Assembly: GCA_035542035.1 (NCBI GenBank)
Contig: DATKME010000065.1
Coordinates: forward strand, 11,525-75,524
Length of the DNA stretch: 64,000 nucleotides
Direction: 5' to 3'
DNA from: Vicinamibacteria bacterium
GTDB taxonomy: Bacteria; Acidobacteriota; Vicinamibacteria; Fen-336
A model generated the notes under the pieces. The model saw nothing but the letters and a program-made list of their open reading frames with translations, did not search any database and was not told the origin of the DNA. Shown here one piece after another: positions 28,239 through 38,010 of this stretch; position 1 is the first letter of the stretch, and the number at the start of each line of letters is the position of its first letter. The translations under genes and the position numbers were made by a program.

Positions 28239-30215
28239 TCACGGGGCGACCGTGAACGGCTCGGCTCGGCTCAGCGTCTGTCCGGTCGTCCCGTCGCGCA
28301 CGTTCAGGACCAGCCGGTAGTCTCCGGTCGCCAGGCCCTGCAGGCCGATGCCCAGGGTGCGGGTGACCCGCCCGTCGTTCGCCGGCTGGATGAGCGTCTC
28401 CGCGCCCTGGCGGACGACCGCCTCGCCGCGGCGCAGCGTCCAGGAGCCGAAGACGTGCGGGACCCAGTCGTGCTTGCCCGCGGCCGGGGCGCCGTAGGCG
28501 CTGTACTGGCAGTACAGGGTGCTGCCGGTCCGGAAGGTGCGGCTCAGGGCCACCTTCGGCTGGCGCTTGCCGTTCGGGTCCTCGATCTCGGCCGTCAGGA
28601 TCGGCGTCGAGATGCGGAAGCGCTTCGCGTCGGGGACCTCGAAGGTGTGGACGAGGGTCCCGATGCGCTTCGCGACCGTGTCCTCGACCAGCAGCCGCAG
28701 CTGCCAGACGCCGGGGGTGAGGTTCCATTGACGGGCCAGGATCACGGGCACGCCCGGCGTCACCTTCGGCGAGCCCTCGAACTGGTCGTGGACGGGTGCC
28801 GTGCCGTCGAGCGCACGGGCCTCGGAGACGAGCTTGAAGAGGCGCGAGCCGGCCGGGCCGGGCGGCGGCACCACCTCGGTGGCCAGCATCGTCGCCACCT
28901 CGCCCTTGTGGTTGGGCTCGAAGAACAGCGTCTCCACCCGCAGCGGCAGGTCGGTGGTGTCGGCCAGCGAGCGCATGGCGCTCAGCGCCTCCGGCGCCTC
29001 CTTCCCCTTGCCTTGGCTTTTCCCCGGCTTCCCCGGTGAGGGCGCCGGGGCAGCGGCGACGTAGTAGCGGGTGCGGGCGCGCACGGTGAGACCCTCGCGA
29101 AGGACGCGGACCTTCAGCTTGCGCTCCCCCCGGCCGGGCTGCGCCGGCTCGTAGCCGAGCAGGTAGTAGGCGTCCGACTCCGCGGCGACGCGTCGCAGCC
29201 CGGCTTCGGTGTCGTTGCCCGAGAACACGGTGCCGCCGGTCACCTCCGCGATCCCCTCGCTGTCGGTCAGCGTCATGGCGCGGGCGAAACCGTTCTCGTC
29301 CGCCACCAGGCCCCGAGGATCCACGAAGTGGATCGCCACGTTCGCCCGCCGGGCGACGTCGATCGCCTCCTGGTAGCCGGGCATCTTCGGCAGCAGCAGG
29401 AAGCCCTCCGAGATCATCACCAGCGACTTGTGCCCCCGCAGCTTGACCAGTGATTCGAGCGCCTGCTCCAGCCCGCCGAGGGTGACTGCGGTCCGCTGCT
29501 TCACCCTGGCGATCGATTCTTCCTGCTTGACCGGCGCGTTCGGGTCGCCCACGACCGCGAACTGACCGGGTCCGCCGGTACCGGCGTGCTGGTCAGCGCT
29601 GACCGCCGCCGACTGGCCTCCGGCCATGCCCATCTCACCGTACTCGACGGTCCGCACGACCATGAAGTCGTGATAGCTGTCGGCGCTCCCCTGGCCGCTG
29701 ATTCGGGAGACCACGGACGCCAGCTGCCGGTACTCCCAGCCGTTCCGCGCCGTCCACCACAGCTCCTGCCAGGGGGCGACCACGGTCACCCAGTCGCCCT
29801 CCCGCACGTCGTCCTCCAGGAACTTCCGCAGCGACTGCCGGACGCGCTCGGCCACGGGCGGCGAGAGGTGGATGTCGTCGACCAGGATCAGGACGCAGCG
29901 GCCCTCGGACGGCGCACGCAGCCGCGCGGCGCCGAGACGCGGCGGCTCGTCGGCGAGCAGCGGGCGCGCGCTGCGGACCACCACCGGCTCGAAGCTGGTG
30001 ATCGCCTGCGGCCGGCCCTCCTCCTCCACCGTGAAGTCGTCCTTGGTCAGGCCCGTCACCGGCCGGCCGTCCTTGTCGAGCACCACCACGTCCACGCGGA
30101 CGAGCTCGACGGCGGTGCCGAAGACCGGCGTCTGCGCCGGCGAGGACGGCCCGGCCACCAGGGTCAGGGCGAGGGTGGGGAGAAGCGGTCGGCAAGCCGA
30201 CCACGGGGTCCGCAT
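28239..30215 (-). CDS. VWA domain-containing secreted protein (TIGR03436-like 'VWFA-related acidobacterial' family)
   Basis: Signal peptide, then VELVRVDVVVLDKDGRPVTGLTKDDFTVEEEGRPQAITSFE, the characteristic N-terminal module of this family. A VWA-like central region follows (CVLILVDDIH...). Confidence 0.8.
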   Translation of the reverse strand: MRTPWSACRPLLPTLALTLVAGPSSPAQTPVFGTAVELVRVDVVVLDKDGRPVTGLTKDDFTVEEEGRPQAITSFEPVVVRSARPLLADEPPRLGAARLRAPSEGRCVLILVDDIHLSPPVAERVRQSLRKFLEDDVREGDWVTVVAPWQELWWTARNGWEYRQLASVVSRISGQGSADSYHDFMVVRTVEYGEMGMAGGQSAAVSADQHAGTGGPGQFAVVGDPNAPVKQEESIARVKQRTAVTLGGLEQALESLVKLRGHKSLVMISEGFLLLPKMPGYQEAIDVARRANVAIHFVDPRGLVADENGFARAMTLTDSEGIAEVTGGTVFSGNDTEAGLRRVAAESDAYYLLGYEPAQPGRGERKLKVRVLREGLTVRARTRYYVAAAPAPSPGKPGKSQGKGKEAPEALSAMRSLADTTDLPLRVETLFFEPNHKGEVATMLATEVVPPPGPAGSRLFKLVSEARALDGTAPVHDQFEGSPKVTPGVPVILARQWNLTPGVWQLRLLVEDTVAKRIGTLVHTFEVPDAKRFRISTPILTAEIEDPNGKRQPKVALSRTFRTGSTLYCQYSAYGAPAAGKHDWVPHVFGSWTLRRGEAVVRQGAETLIQPANDGRVTRTLGIGLQGLATGDYRLVLNVRDGTTGQTLSRAEPFTVAP

Positions 30216-30331
30216 CCCGCAAGCAGAGTCGATGTGGCGGCTCGCGTCAATGCCCCGGATGGTCCGTCGCGGCCGCTCCCGGGTGGGCTGATATACTCGG
30301 CCGTACCGCGCCGAGGAGTCCTGCTTCCTTC

Positions 30332-30781
30332 ATGTCCCAGGCGATCGTCGTCGGCTCAGACCATGCCGGCTTCGCTCTCAAGGAAGAGCTGAAGCGCCAC
30401 CTGCAGCACCGCGGCCTCCCGGTGGAGGACCTGGGCACCCACTCGGAGGAGTCGGTCGACTACCCGGTGTTCGCCCACGCGGTGGCGCGGGCAATCGAGT
30501 GCGGCCGGGCGGGTCGTGGCGTGCTGGTGTGCGGCACCGGCCTGGGCGTCTCGATGGCGGCGAACCGCCACCCCGGCGTGCGGGCGGCCCTCGCCTGGGA
30601 CGAGAACACGGCCCGGCTCTCGCGCGCGCACAACGACGCCAACGTGCTCGCTCTCGGGGGCCGCAGCCTCGACCACGGGCTGGCCCGGCGGATACTGGAC
30701 GTCTGGCTGGACACCCCCTTCGAGGGGGGCCGGCACGCGCGGCGGGTGGCCCTCATCGAGCCCGACGGCGCCACGAGGTGA
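30332..30781 (+). CDS. rpiB: Ribose-5-phosphate isomerase B
   Basis: [17 protein letters not shown]..., [14 protein letters not shown] and [11 protein letters not shown] are typical RpiB/LacAB motifs. Confidence 0.9.
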   Translation: MSQAIVVGSDHAGFALKEELKRHLQHRGLPVEDLGTHSEESVDYPVFAHAVARAIECGRAGRGVLVCGTGLGVSMAANRHPGVRAALAWDENTARLSRAHNDANVLALGGRSLDHGLARRILDVWLDTPFEGGRHARRVALIEPDGATR

Positions 30782-30786
30782 ACGCG

Positions 30787-32061
30787 ATGGAGAACCTGGC
30801 CCGCACCGATCCCGAGGTGGCCGAGGCGATCCGCAAGGAGACGCAGCGGCAGGGAAGCCAGCTGGAGATGATCGCCTCCGAGAACTTCGTCTCCGAGGCC
30901 GTGCTGGAGGCCCTCGGCTCGGTGCTCACCAACAAGTACGCCGAGGGCTACCCGGGCAAGCGCTACTACGGCGGCTGCGAGTTCGTGGACGTGGCCGAGA
31001 CGCTGGCCATCGACCGGGCGAAGGAGCTGTTCGGCTGCGACCACGCCAACGTGCAGCCCCACTCGGGCGCGCAGGCGAACACCGCCGTGTACATGGCGGT
31101 GGCCAAGCCCGGCGACACCATCCTGGGCATGAACCTCTCGCACGGCGGCCACCTCACCCACGGCCACCCGCTGAACTTCTCCGGCAAGTACTTCAGCGTC
31201 GTCGCCTACGGCGTGCGCAAGGAGGACGAGCGCATCGACTACGAGGCGCTCGCCGCGCTGGCCGCCGAGCACAGGCCGAAGGTCATCGTGGTCGGGGCCT
31301 CGGCCTACCCGCGCGTCATCGACTTCCCGGCGGTGCGGCGGGCGGCCGACGCCTGCGGCGCCGTGGTGATGGCCGACATCGCCCACATCGCCGGCCTGGT
31401 CGCCGCGGACCTGCACCCCAGCCCGGTGCCGCACTGCGAGTTCGTCACCACCACCACCCACAAGACGCTGCGCGGCCCGCGCGGCGGCATGGTGATGTGC
31501 AGGGAGGCGTGGGCGAAGGAGCTCGACCGCGCCCTCTTCCCGGGCGTGCAGGGCGGCCCGCTGATGCACGTGATCGCGGCCAAGGCCGTCGCCTTCAAGG
31601 AGGCGCTGCGGCCGGAGTGGAAGGCCTACCAGCGCCAGATCATCGCCAACGCGGCCGTGCTGGCGAAGACGCTCCTCGGCGAGGGCTGGCGGCTGGTCAG
31701 CGGCGGCACCGACAACCACCTGATGCTGGTGGACGTGTTCGCCAAGGGCATCACCGGCAAGGTGGCCGAGAAGGCTCTCGACCGGGCCGGGATCACCGTC
31801 AACAAGAACACCATCCCCTTCGACACCAACTCGCCCATGGTGGCCTCCGGGATCCGCATCGGCACCCCGGCGCTCACCAGCCGCGGGATGAAGGAGCCGG
31901 AGATGGAGACGATCGGCCGGCTGATCTCGCGCGCGCTGCACGCGGTCGAGAACGAGACCGAGCTCGGCGAGGTGAAGCGCGAGGTGCGCAGGCTGTGCGA
32001 CCGCTTCCCGCTGTACGCCGGGCGCCTGGCCGGCTACGAGAGGGCGCTGGCCAGGGCCTGA
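30787..32061 (+). CDS. glyA: Serine hydroxymethyltransferase
   Basis: This is the in-frame part of ORF 30499..32061. N-terminus [37 protein letters not shown]-lysine context [14 protein letters not shown]. Confidence 0.95.
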   Translation: MENLARTDPEVAEAIRKETQRQGSQLEMIASENFVSEAVLEALGSVLTNKYAEGYPGKRYYGGCEFVDVAETLAIDRAKELFGCDHANVQPHSGAQANTAVYMAVAKPGDTILGMNLSHGGHLTHGHPLNFSGKYFSVVAYGVRKEDERIDYEALAALAAEHRPKVIVVGASAYPRVIDFPAVRRAADACGAVVMADIAHIAGLVAADLHPSPVPHCEFVTTTTHKTLRGPRGGMVMCREAWAKELDRALFPGVQGGPLMHVIAAKAVAFKEALRPEWKAYQRQIIANAAVLAKTLLGEGWRLVSGGTDNHLMLVDVFAKGITGKVAEKALDRAGITVNKNTIPFDTNSPMVASGIRIGTPALTSRGMKEPEMETIGRLISRALHAVENETELGEVKREVRRLCDRFPLYAGRLAGYERALARA

Positions 32062-32080
32062 CCCCTTCAGGAGACCGGCT

Positions 32081-32563
32081 GTGAGGGGAACGGTGCAGTT
32101 CAGGGTCAACGGGACGCCGAGGAGCGTGTCCACGGATCCCGACCGTCGGCTGCTCGACCTCCTGCGCGAGGACCTGCAGCTCACCGGCACCAAGTACGGC
32201 TGCGGCGAGGGCCAGTGCGGCGCCTGCACCGTCCTGGTGGACGGCGCGCCGGCGCGCGCCTGCCTGCTGCCGGCGAGCGCGGTCGCCGGGAAATCGGTGA
32301 CCACGATCGAAGGGCTTGCCCGGGGCGAGGAGCTGCACCTCGTGCAACAGGCGTTCCTCGACGAGGGCGCGCTGCAGTGCGGGTACTGCACGCCGGGCAT
32401 GATCCTGGAGGCCGTCGCACTGCTGCGGAGCAAGCCGGACCCGACCGACGGGGAGGTCGCGGCCGGGATGAACGGCCATCTCTGCCGCTGCAACGGCTAC
32501 GTGAAGATGGTGAAGGCCATCCGCCGCGCGGCCGCCACCCTGCGGGGCGAGCGCCATGGATGA
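32081..32563 (+). CDS. (2Fe-2S)-binding small subunit of a molybdopterin oxidoreductase (IorA/CoxS-like)
   Basis: Two cluster motifs: CGEGQCGACTV and QCGYCTPG...CRCNGY. Confidence 0.85.
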   Translation: MRGTVQFRVNGTPRSVSTDPDRRLLDLLREDLQLTGTKYGCGEGQCGACTVLVDGAPARACLLPASAVAGKSVTTIEGLARGEELHLVQQAFLDEGALQCGYCTPGMILEAVALLRSKPDPTDGEVAAGMNGHLCRCNGYVKMVKAIRRAAATLRGERHG

Positions 32564-34631
32564 GCCGCTCGACACCCTCGATCGCCGGGCGTTCCTCCAG
32601 GTCCTCGGCTCGGGCCTGCTGGTCACCGTGGCCGTCCCCGCCGCCTGGGCGGAGGGGACCGCTGTCTCGACCCGGGTGTTCCTGAACGAGGACGGGACCA
32701 TCACCGCCCTCAGCGGGAAGGTGGAGGAGGGCCAGGGTCCCCGGACCGAGCTGACACAGGCGGCGGCCGAGGAGCTGCGGGTGCCGGTCGACCGGGTCCG
32801 GCTGGTCATGGCCGACACCGACCTCGTCCCCGACGACGGCATCACCGCCGGCAGCCGGACGACGCCGGTCGACGTGGCGGAGATGCGGCGGGCGGCGGCG
32901 ACCGCGCGCGAGCTGCTGGCCGGCTACGCGGCGCAGCAGTGGGGCGTCGATCCGGCGGCTCTCGACGTCCGTGACGGCGTGATCGCCGGTCCGTCGGGAC
33001 GGACGATGACGTACGCCGACCTGGCGAAGGCCAGGGAGGCGGTGGCCAGCCTCGGCCAGGCGATCCGGCCCGACGTGGCGCTGACGCCGGTGAACGGGTG
33101 GAAGACTCTCGGCCAGCCGGTGGCTCGGCCGAACGCCCGCGACCTCGTCACCGGCGCCCACAAGTTCCCCTCCGACGTGGTGCGCCCCGGGATGCTGTAC
33201 GGCCGGGTGCTGCGGCCCTCCGCGTTCGGGGCGACGCTGGAGTCGGTCGACCTCACCGTGGCGAAGGCGATGCCCGACGTGGTCGCGTTCCGAGACGGGC
33301 CGTTCGTCGGCTTGGCCGCGCCGACTTCGTACCGGGCGACCCAGGCTCTGGAGGCGGTCGCCCGCACGGCGTCCTGGAAGACGGCGCCCGCGCCCGTCTC
33401 CAACCAGAACCTCTTCGCGCACCTGCGCGCGCACGCGCGCCCGGGCGAAGCGCGCGCCGAGGAGAAGGGCTCTGCTGCAGCCGCGCTGGAGAAGGCGTCG
33501 CGTGTCCTCGGCGCGTCGTACCAGGTCGCCTTCATCCAGCACGCGCCGATGGAGCCGCGCGCCGCCGTCGCCGAGTGGAACGGCGAGCGACTGACGGTGT
33601 GGGCCGGCTGCGACGGGCCCTTCCGCGCCCAGCGGCACCTCTCCGAGGAGCTGGGCGTCCCGCGGGAGCGGATCCACGTCATCGTCCCCGACATGGGCGG
33701 CGGCTTCGGCGGCAAGCACACGGCCGAGGTCGCGGTCGAGGCGGCACGGCTGGCCCGGGCCGCCGGCAAGCCGGTGTGGGTGCGCTGGACGCGCGAAGAG
33801 GAGTTCACCTGGGCGTACTGCCGGCCGGCGGCGCTCATCGAGTGCCGCGCTGGCCTGGACGCCCAGGGCCGGCTGGTGGCCTGGGAGTTCACCAGCATCA
33901 ACCCCGGCGGCGCGGCGCTGGCGACCCCGTACGCCATCCCGAACCTCGCCGTCTCCTCCGTCGAGACGGACCCGCCGCTGCGCCAGGGGTCCTACCGTTG
34001 CCTGGGCGCCACCGCCAACAACTTCGCCCGCGAGTCGTTCATGGACGAGCTGGCCGCCGCGGCCGGCGCCGACCCGCTGGAGTTCCGGCTGGCCCACCTG
34101 CAGAACCCGCGCCTCGCGGCGGTGCTGGAGCGGGCGGCGAAGGAGTTCGGCTGGGCGGCGCGGAGAAAGCAGGTGAGCGCCGGGCGCGGTGTGGGCCTCG
34201 CCTGCGGGACCGAGAAGAACTCGGTGGTCGCGGCCTGCGTCGAGGTGAGGCTCGACCGCGCCGACGGCCGCATCGTGGTCAGCGAGATCTGCGAGGCGTT
34301 CGAGGCCGGCCCCGTCCTGAACCCCGCCGGCCTGCTCTCGCAGGTGCAGGGATGCATCGTGATGGCGCTGGGCGGCGCGCTCACCGAGGAGATCGAGTTC
34401 GCGGAGGGCCGGGTGCTGAACCCGCGCTTCTCTCGTTACCGGGTGCCCCGCTTCCGCGACGTCCCGAAGATCGACGTCCACCTGGTCGAGAACCGCGACA
34501 TCCCGCCGGCGGGCGCGGGGGAGACGCCGATCATCGCGGCGGCGCCGGCCATCGCCAACGCCGTCTTCGCCGCCAGCGGACAACGCCTGCGCTCGATGCC
34601 GCTGCGTCTGGCGTGGTCGCCTCGACGCTGA
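32556..34631 (+). CDS. Molybdopterin-dependent oxidoreductase large subunit (IorB / aldehyde oxidase-xanthine dehydrogenase family) with a Tat signal
   Basis: Twin-arginine leader LDRRAFLQVLGSGLLVTVAVPAAWA. Aldehyde-oxidase/XDH a/b-hammerhead and Mo-binding regions are present (GGGFGGK, C-terminal GAGETPI). The start overlaps the upstream gene by 8 nt. Confidence 0.85.
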   Translation: MDEPLDTLDRRAFLQVLGSGLLVTVAVPAAWAEGTAVSTRVFLNEDGTITALSGKVEEGQGPRTELTQAAAEELRVPVDRVRLVMADTDLVPDDGITAGSRTTPVDVAEMRRAAATARELLAGYAAQQWGVDPAALDVRDGVIAGPSGRTMTYADLAKAREAVASLGQAIRPDVALTPVNGWKTLGQPVARPNARDLVTGAHKFPSDVVRPGMLYGRVLRPSAFGATLESVDLTVAKAMPDVVAFRDGPFVGLAAPTSYRATQALEAVARTASWKTAPAPVSNQNLFAHLRAHARPGEARAEEKGSAAAALEKASRVLGASYQVAFIQHAPMEPRAAVAEWNGERLTVWAGCDGPFRAQRHLSEELGVPRERIHVIVPDMGGGFGGKHTAEVAVEAARLARAAGKPVWVRWTREEEFTWAYCRPAALIECRAGLDAQGRLVAWEFTSINPGGAALATPYAIPNLAVSSVETDPPLRQGSYRCLGATANNFARESFMDELAAAAGADPLEFRLAHLQNPRLAAVLERAAKEFGWAARRKQVSAGRGVGLACGTEKNSVVAACVEVRLDRADGRIVVSEICEAFEAGPVLNPAGLLSQVQGCIVMALGGALTEEIEFAEGRVLNPRFSRYRVPRFRDVPKIDVHLVENRDIPPAGAGETPIIAAAPAIANAVFAASGQRLRSMPLRLAWSPRR

Positions 34632-34639
34632 GTACGCAC

Positions 34640-34813
34640 CGCTCGCGGCTGCAGCCGGCCGGTGTCATGATCGTGGTCGAAGCCCGTCACCTCTGCATGG
34701 AGATGCGCGGCGTGCGCGCCACGTCCGCGCGGACCACCACCAGCGCCGTGCGCGGCACCTTCGCCGGGACGCGGCTTCTTCGGCGGGAGTTCCTCGACCG
34801 CCTGGGGAGGTGA
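34640..34813 (+). pseudogene. folE: C-terminal remnant (about 50 codons) of GTP cyclohydrolase I (FolE type 1)
   Basis: The tail of ORF 33098..34813 reads LQPAGVMIVVEARHLCMEMRGVRATSARTTTSAVRGTFAGTRLLRREFLDRLGR*. This matches the conserved FolE C-terminus, for example E. coli ..[33 protein letters not shown]....R.EFL. Only 186 nt separate the flanking genes, so the first ~130-170 codons of a normal folE are absent. Confidence 0.6.
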
Positions 34814-34816
34814 GCG

Positions 34817-35998
34817 ATGCCGGCGTACGAGTACCTGGTGGTCGGCGGCGGGATGGCCGCCGACGCGGCGGTGCGGGGGATCCGCGAGTGCGACCCGGCC
34901 GGCTCCATCGGCCTGGTCGGTGCCGACCCGCAGCGGCCGTACAGCCGCCCGCCGCTGTCGAAGGCGCTGTGGAAGGGCGAGCAGGTCGACACCATCTGGC
35001 GCGGCACCGAGCGGGTGGAGAACGTGGTCCTGCACCTGGGGAGGCGGATCACGGCGCTGGACGCCGAGGGCCACCGGGCGACCGACGAGAAGGGCGTCGA
35101 GTACCGCTTCGGCAGGCTGCTGCTGGCGACCGGCGGCACGCCGCGGCGGCTGCCGGAGGCGCCGGAGGGCGTCATCTACTACCGGACCTTCGCCGACTAC
35201 GAGCGGCTGCGGGCCCTGGCGCAGCCGGGCGCGCGGATCGCGGTGATCGGGGGAGGCTTCATCGGCGCCGAGGTCGCGGCGGCCCTCTCCCTGGTCGGCG
35301 CACGGCCGGTGATGGTCTTCCCCGAGCAGGGGATCACGGAACGGGTCTTCGGGCGCGAGCTGTCCGGCTTCGTCACCGACGCGTACCGGTCGCACGGCGT
35401 GGAGGTGATCAGCGGGGAGACGGTGCGACGGCTGGAGCGCAAGAGCAACGGCTGGACGCTCACCACCGGGGCGGGGCGCGACATCGAGGTCAAGGGCGTG
35501 GTCGCCGGGCTCGGCATCGAGCCGAACGTGGCGCTCGCCGGGTCGGCCGGCATCGGCTGCGCGAACGGCATCCTGGTCGACGCCAGCCTGCGCACCAACC
35601 AGCCCGACGTCTTCGCCGCCGGCGACGTGGCCAACTTCTTCTCGGACGCCCTCGGCAGCCGCGTCCGGGTCGAGCACGAGGACGCGGCGCTCGGCATGGG
35701 GAAGGCCGCCGGCCGCTCGATGGCCGGCGACCCCGCCCCGTACACGCACCTGCCGTTCTTCTACTCGGACCTCTTCGACATGGGCTACGAGGCCGTCGGC
35801 ATGCTCGACGCCCGTCTCACGATGGTCGCCGACTGGAAGGAGCCGTTCCGGGAGGGCGTCGTCTACTACCTCGACGGCAGCCGGGTGCGCGGCGTGATGC
35901 TGTGGAACGTCTGGGGCCAGGTGGACGCGGCCCGGGCGCTGATCGCCCGGCCGGGGCCGTTCCGGCCGGAGGACCTGAAGGGCCGCATCCACGGCTGA
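34817..35998 (+). CDS. FAD/NAD(P)-dependent pyridine nucleotide-disulfide oxidoreductase (ferredoxin-reductase/AIF-like)
   Basis: Two dinucleotide-binding motifs, YLVVGGGMAADAA and IAVIGGGFIGAEVA, plus the AAGDVA motif. GGGGAGG lies upstream of ATG 34817. Confidence 0.85.
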   Translation: MPAYEYLVVGGGMAADAAVRGIRECDPAGSIGLVGADPQRPYSRPPLSKALWKGEQVDTIWRGTERVENVVLHLGRRITALDAEGHRATDEKGVEYRFGRLLLATGGTPRRLPEAPEGVIYYRTFADYERLRALAQPGARIAVIGGGFIGAEVAAALSLVGARPVMVFPEQGITERVFGRELSGFVTDAYRSHGVEVISGETVRRLERKSNGWTLTTGAGRDIEVKGVVAGLGIEPNVALAGSAGIGCANGILVDASLRTNQPDVFAAGDVANFFSDALGSRVRVEHEDAALGMGKAAGRSMAGDPAPYTHLPFFYSDLFDMGYEAVGMLDARLTMVADWKEPFREGVVYYLDGSRVRGVMLWNVWGQVDAARALIARPGPFRPEDLKGRIHG

Positions 35999-36019
35999 CA
36001 CGGCTTGCGGCCGCGATCC

Positions 36020-37771
36020 TCAGGCGACGGCCTGCTTTGCCTCCGGCTCGGCGGCGACCGGCTCGACCCAGCGGCAGGCCGCAGCGCCCCGACCCGCCAT
36101 CTCGGGCCGAGCTGCCGCCGCCGGGTTGGCGTCGTAGAAGGTCGGCGGCTCGTAGGTCTTTCCGGCGCGCAGCGCCCGCTCCTCGCGCCAGAGCGTGAAC
36201 AGGACCACGGGGCCGACGAGCCGGGCCGCCAGCCGCGCCGTCCAGCCGAAGGTCCGCTCGATGCCGCGGCGGACGGCCCGCAGCCGGGCGACCAGCAGCG
36301 GGCTCTTGCGGAACCAGCGCTCGGACGCCCACAGCGCGCCGGCGTACTGCGTCGGCAGGTCCTTCGTCTCGAACAGGACGCGATCGCGCACCCGCGGGTC
36401 GGGGTGGCGGCGCAGGGCGAGGTGGCCACGCAGCAGCGTGCGGGCGATGCGGGTGACGGCGGGGCCGTTCACCTCGAAGTCGCGGCGGAACGCGCGCAGC
36501 AGGTACTCGGTCTCCTCGCCGTGGCGGATGCTCGGGTGGCGGAAGTTGAAGCGGAGCTGCCCGTGCACGTCGGCCTCCGGGATCTCGTCGCTGGAGAGCA
36601 GCGTGCCGTTCGCCTGGTGCTCGGCGTGGAGCGGGGTCCCCGGCACCGGCGTGTAGAGCATGAACTGGTGGAACTCGGTGTCGTGGGCGACCGCGTGGTC
36701 GATGGCGCGGTCGATGTTCTCCGGCGTGTGCTCGAGCAGACCGACGATCGAGGAGCCCAGCACGCGGATGCCGAGCGACTGCAGGCGCATCACCAGCGCG
36801 CGGCTGTCGGTGCCGTCGAGCTTCCTGTACTCGCTGTTCTCGCCCTCCAGGCCCAGCCACACCCAGGAGATGCCGAGCTGCACCAGCTGCTCGTCCGTGT
36901 AGAGGCGCAGGGCGTTCGCCGAGCTGAAGACGTAGAGGGCCCAGGCCTTGCCGTGCTCCTGCATGCGCTCGAGCAGGCGCAGGGCGCGCTTCCTGTGCAG
37001 CAGGAAGTTCTCGTCCATCACGAAGAACGAGCGCACGCCCAGCCGCTCCTCGATCCCGCGCATCACCTCGTAGAGAGCGTCGCCGTCCTCGTAGAAGCTG
37101 ACGAAGCGGCCCTTGCCCCCGAACATCGCCGAGGTCGAGCAGAAGTTGCAGCCGAGGGGACAGCCGACGGACGGGATCACCGTGGCCGCCGTCTCCTGCT
37201 TCCCCTGGCCGAACGGCACGCCCATGGTGCGCGCGCCGAAGGCGGACATGATGAGCGGGTGCCGCACGGGAGCGTCGGCGGGCTCGCCCAGGAAGGCCCG
37301 GAACCAGCGCACGCCCTCGCCGCGCACCACGTGGTCGGCGTCCACCCGCTCGGCCAGGCCGGCGAGGTTGGCCAGGTGGCCGCCCACCACGATGGTGGCC
37401 TGCGGCTGGTGCCGGCGGACCAGCTCGCACATCTTCTTCACCTTGTCGACGTTCGGCACGATGGCGCTGATGCCGACCACGTCGTACGGCACCGTCCGCA
37501 GCTCCTCCTCGAAGCGCTCCAGCGTCGGGAAGTCGAGCAGGGTGACGGGCGCCTGCAGGTTGGCCTGGATCATCATCAGGCCCCAGGAGCGGTGGAACAT
37601 CCGCAGCGAGTAGCCGCCCTGCGCTCGCGTCACCTGGTTGTGGTACAGCTCCATGGGGTTGATGCGGCGGCTGCCGTACGCGTCGTCCTGCGCGTACGGT
37701 CCGAACACGCTGCTGAGCAGCACGCGGGCCGCCGAGCCCTTCGGGTGCCTGGGAAAGGTCGTGATGTCCAT
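36020..37771 (-). CDS. B12-binding-domain radical SAM protein (class B rSAM), substrate unknown
   Basis: B12-domain region DVVGISAIVPN...IVVGGHLA. Radical SAM cluster motif CPLGCNFCS. A long C-terminal extension of about 130 aa follows the rSAM core. Confidence 0.85.
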   Translation of the reverse strand: MDITTFPRHPKGSAARVLLSSVFGPYAQDDAYGSRRINPMELYHNQVTRAQGGYSLRMFHRSWGLMMIQANLQAPVTLLDFPTLERFEEELRTVPYDVVGISAIVPNVDKVKKMCELVRRHQPQATIVVGGHLANLAGLAERVDADHVVRGEGVRWFRAFLGEPADAPVRHPLIMSAFGARTMGVPFGQGKQETAATVIPSVGCPLGCNFCSTSAMFGGKGRFVSFYEDGDALYEVMRGIEERLGVRSFFVMDENFLLHRKRALRLLERMQEHGKAWALYVFSSANALRLYTDEQLVQLGISWVWLGLEGENSEYRKLDGTDSRALVMRLQSLGIRVLGSSIVGLLEHTPENIDRAIDHAVAHDTEFHQFMLYTPVPGTPLHAEHQANGTLLSSDEIPEADVHGQLRFNFRHPSIRHGEETEYLLRAFRRDFEVNGPAVTRIARTLLRGHLALRRHPDPRVRDRVLFETKDLPTQYAGALWASERWFRKSPLLVARLRAVRRGIERTFGWTARLAARLVGPVVLFTLWREERALRAGKTYEPPTFYDANPAAAARPEMAGRGAAACRWVEPVAAEPEAKQAVA

Positions 37772-38010
37772 CTCCTAGCTTGTAGCACCCGCCCTGCCGC
37801 GGCTTCCGTCACAGTTGTGTCAAAGCGGCGCGGGGTAGAGCGTTCGCACCACGCTGACCGACCGTACGCCTCAGGGGCGAGGGGCGAACGTGCTCTTCCG
37901 GGGCGCGTGCCCCCCGGGAACGCGAGTCCGAGGCCGCATCCAACGGCTTGAACCGTTGCGCCGGCTGCGTGTCGGGAGTAGAAGTCACCGGACTTCGACC
38001 GGGAGGACAC

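Noticed and set aside
37772-38010. A possible cobalamin riboswitch or precursor-peptide ORF in the 239-nt divergent region between the B12-radical-SAM gene and tricorn.
   Set aside because: No B12-box-like sequence appears on either strand. There are only short hairpins, such as caacgg-cttgaa-ccgttg at 37941-37958. No small ORF has an SD and plausible codon usage.
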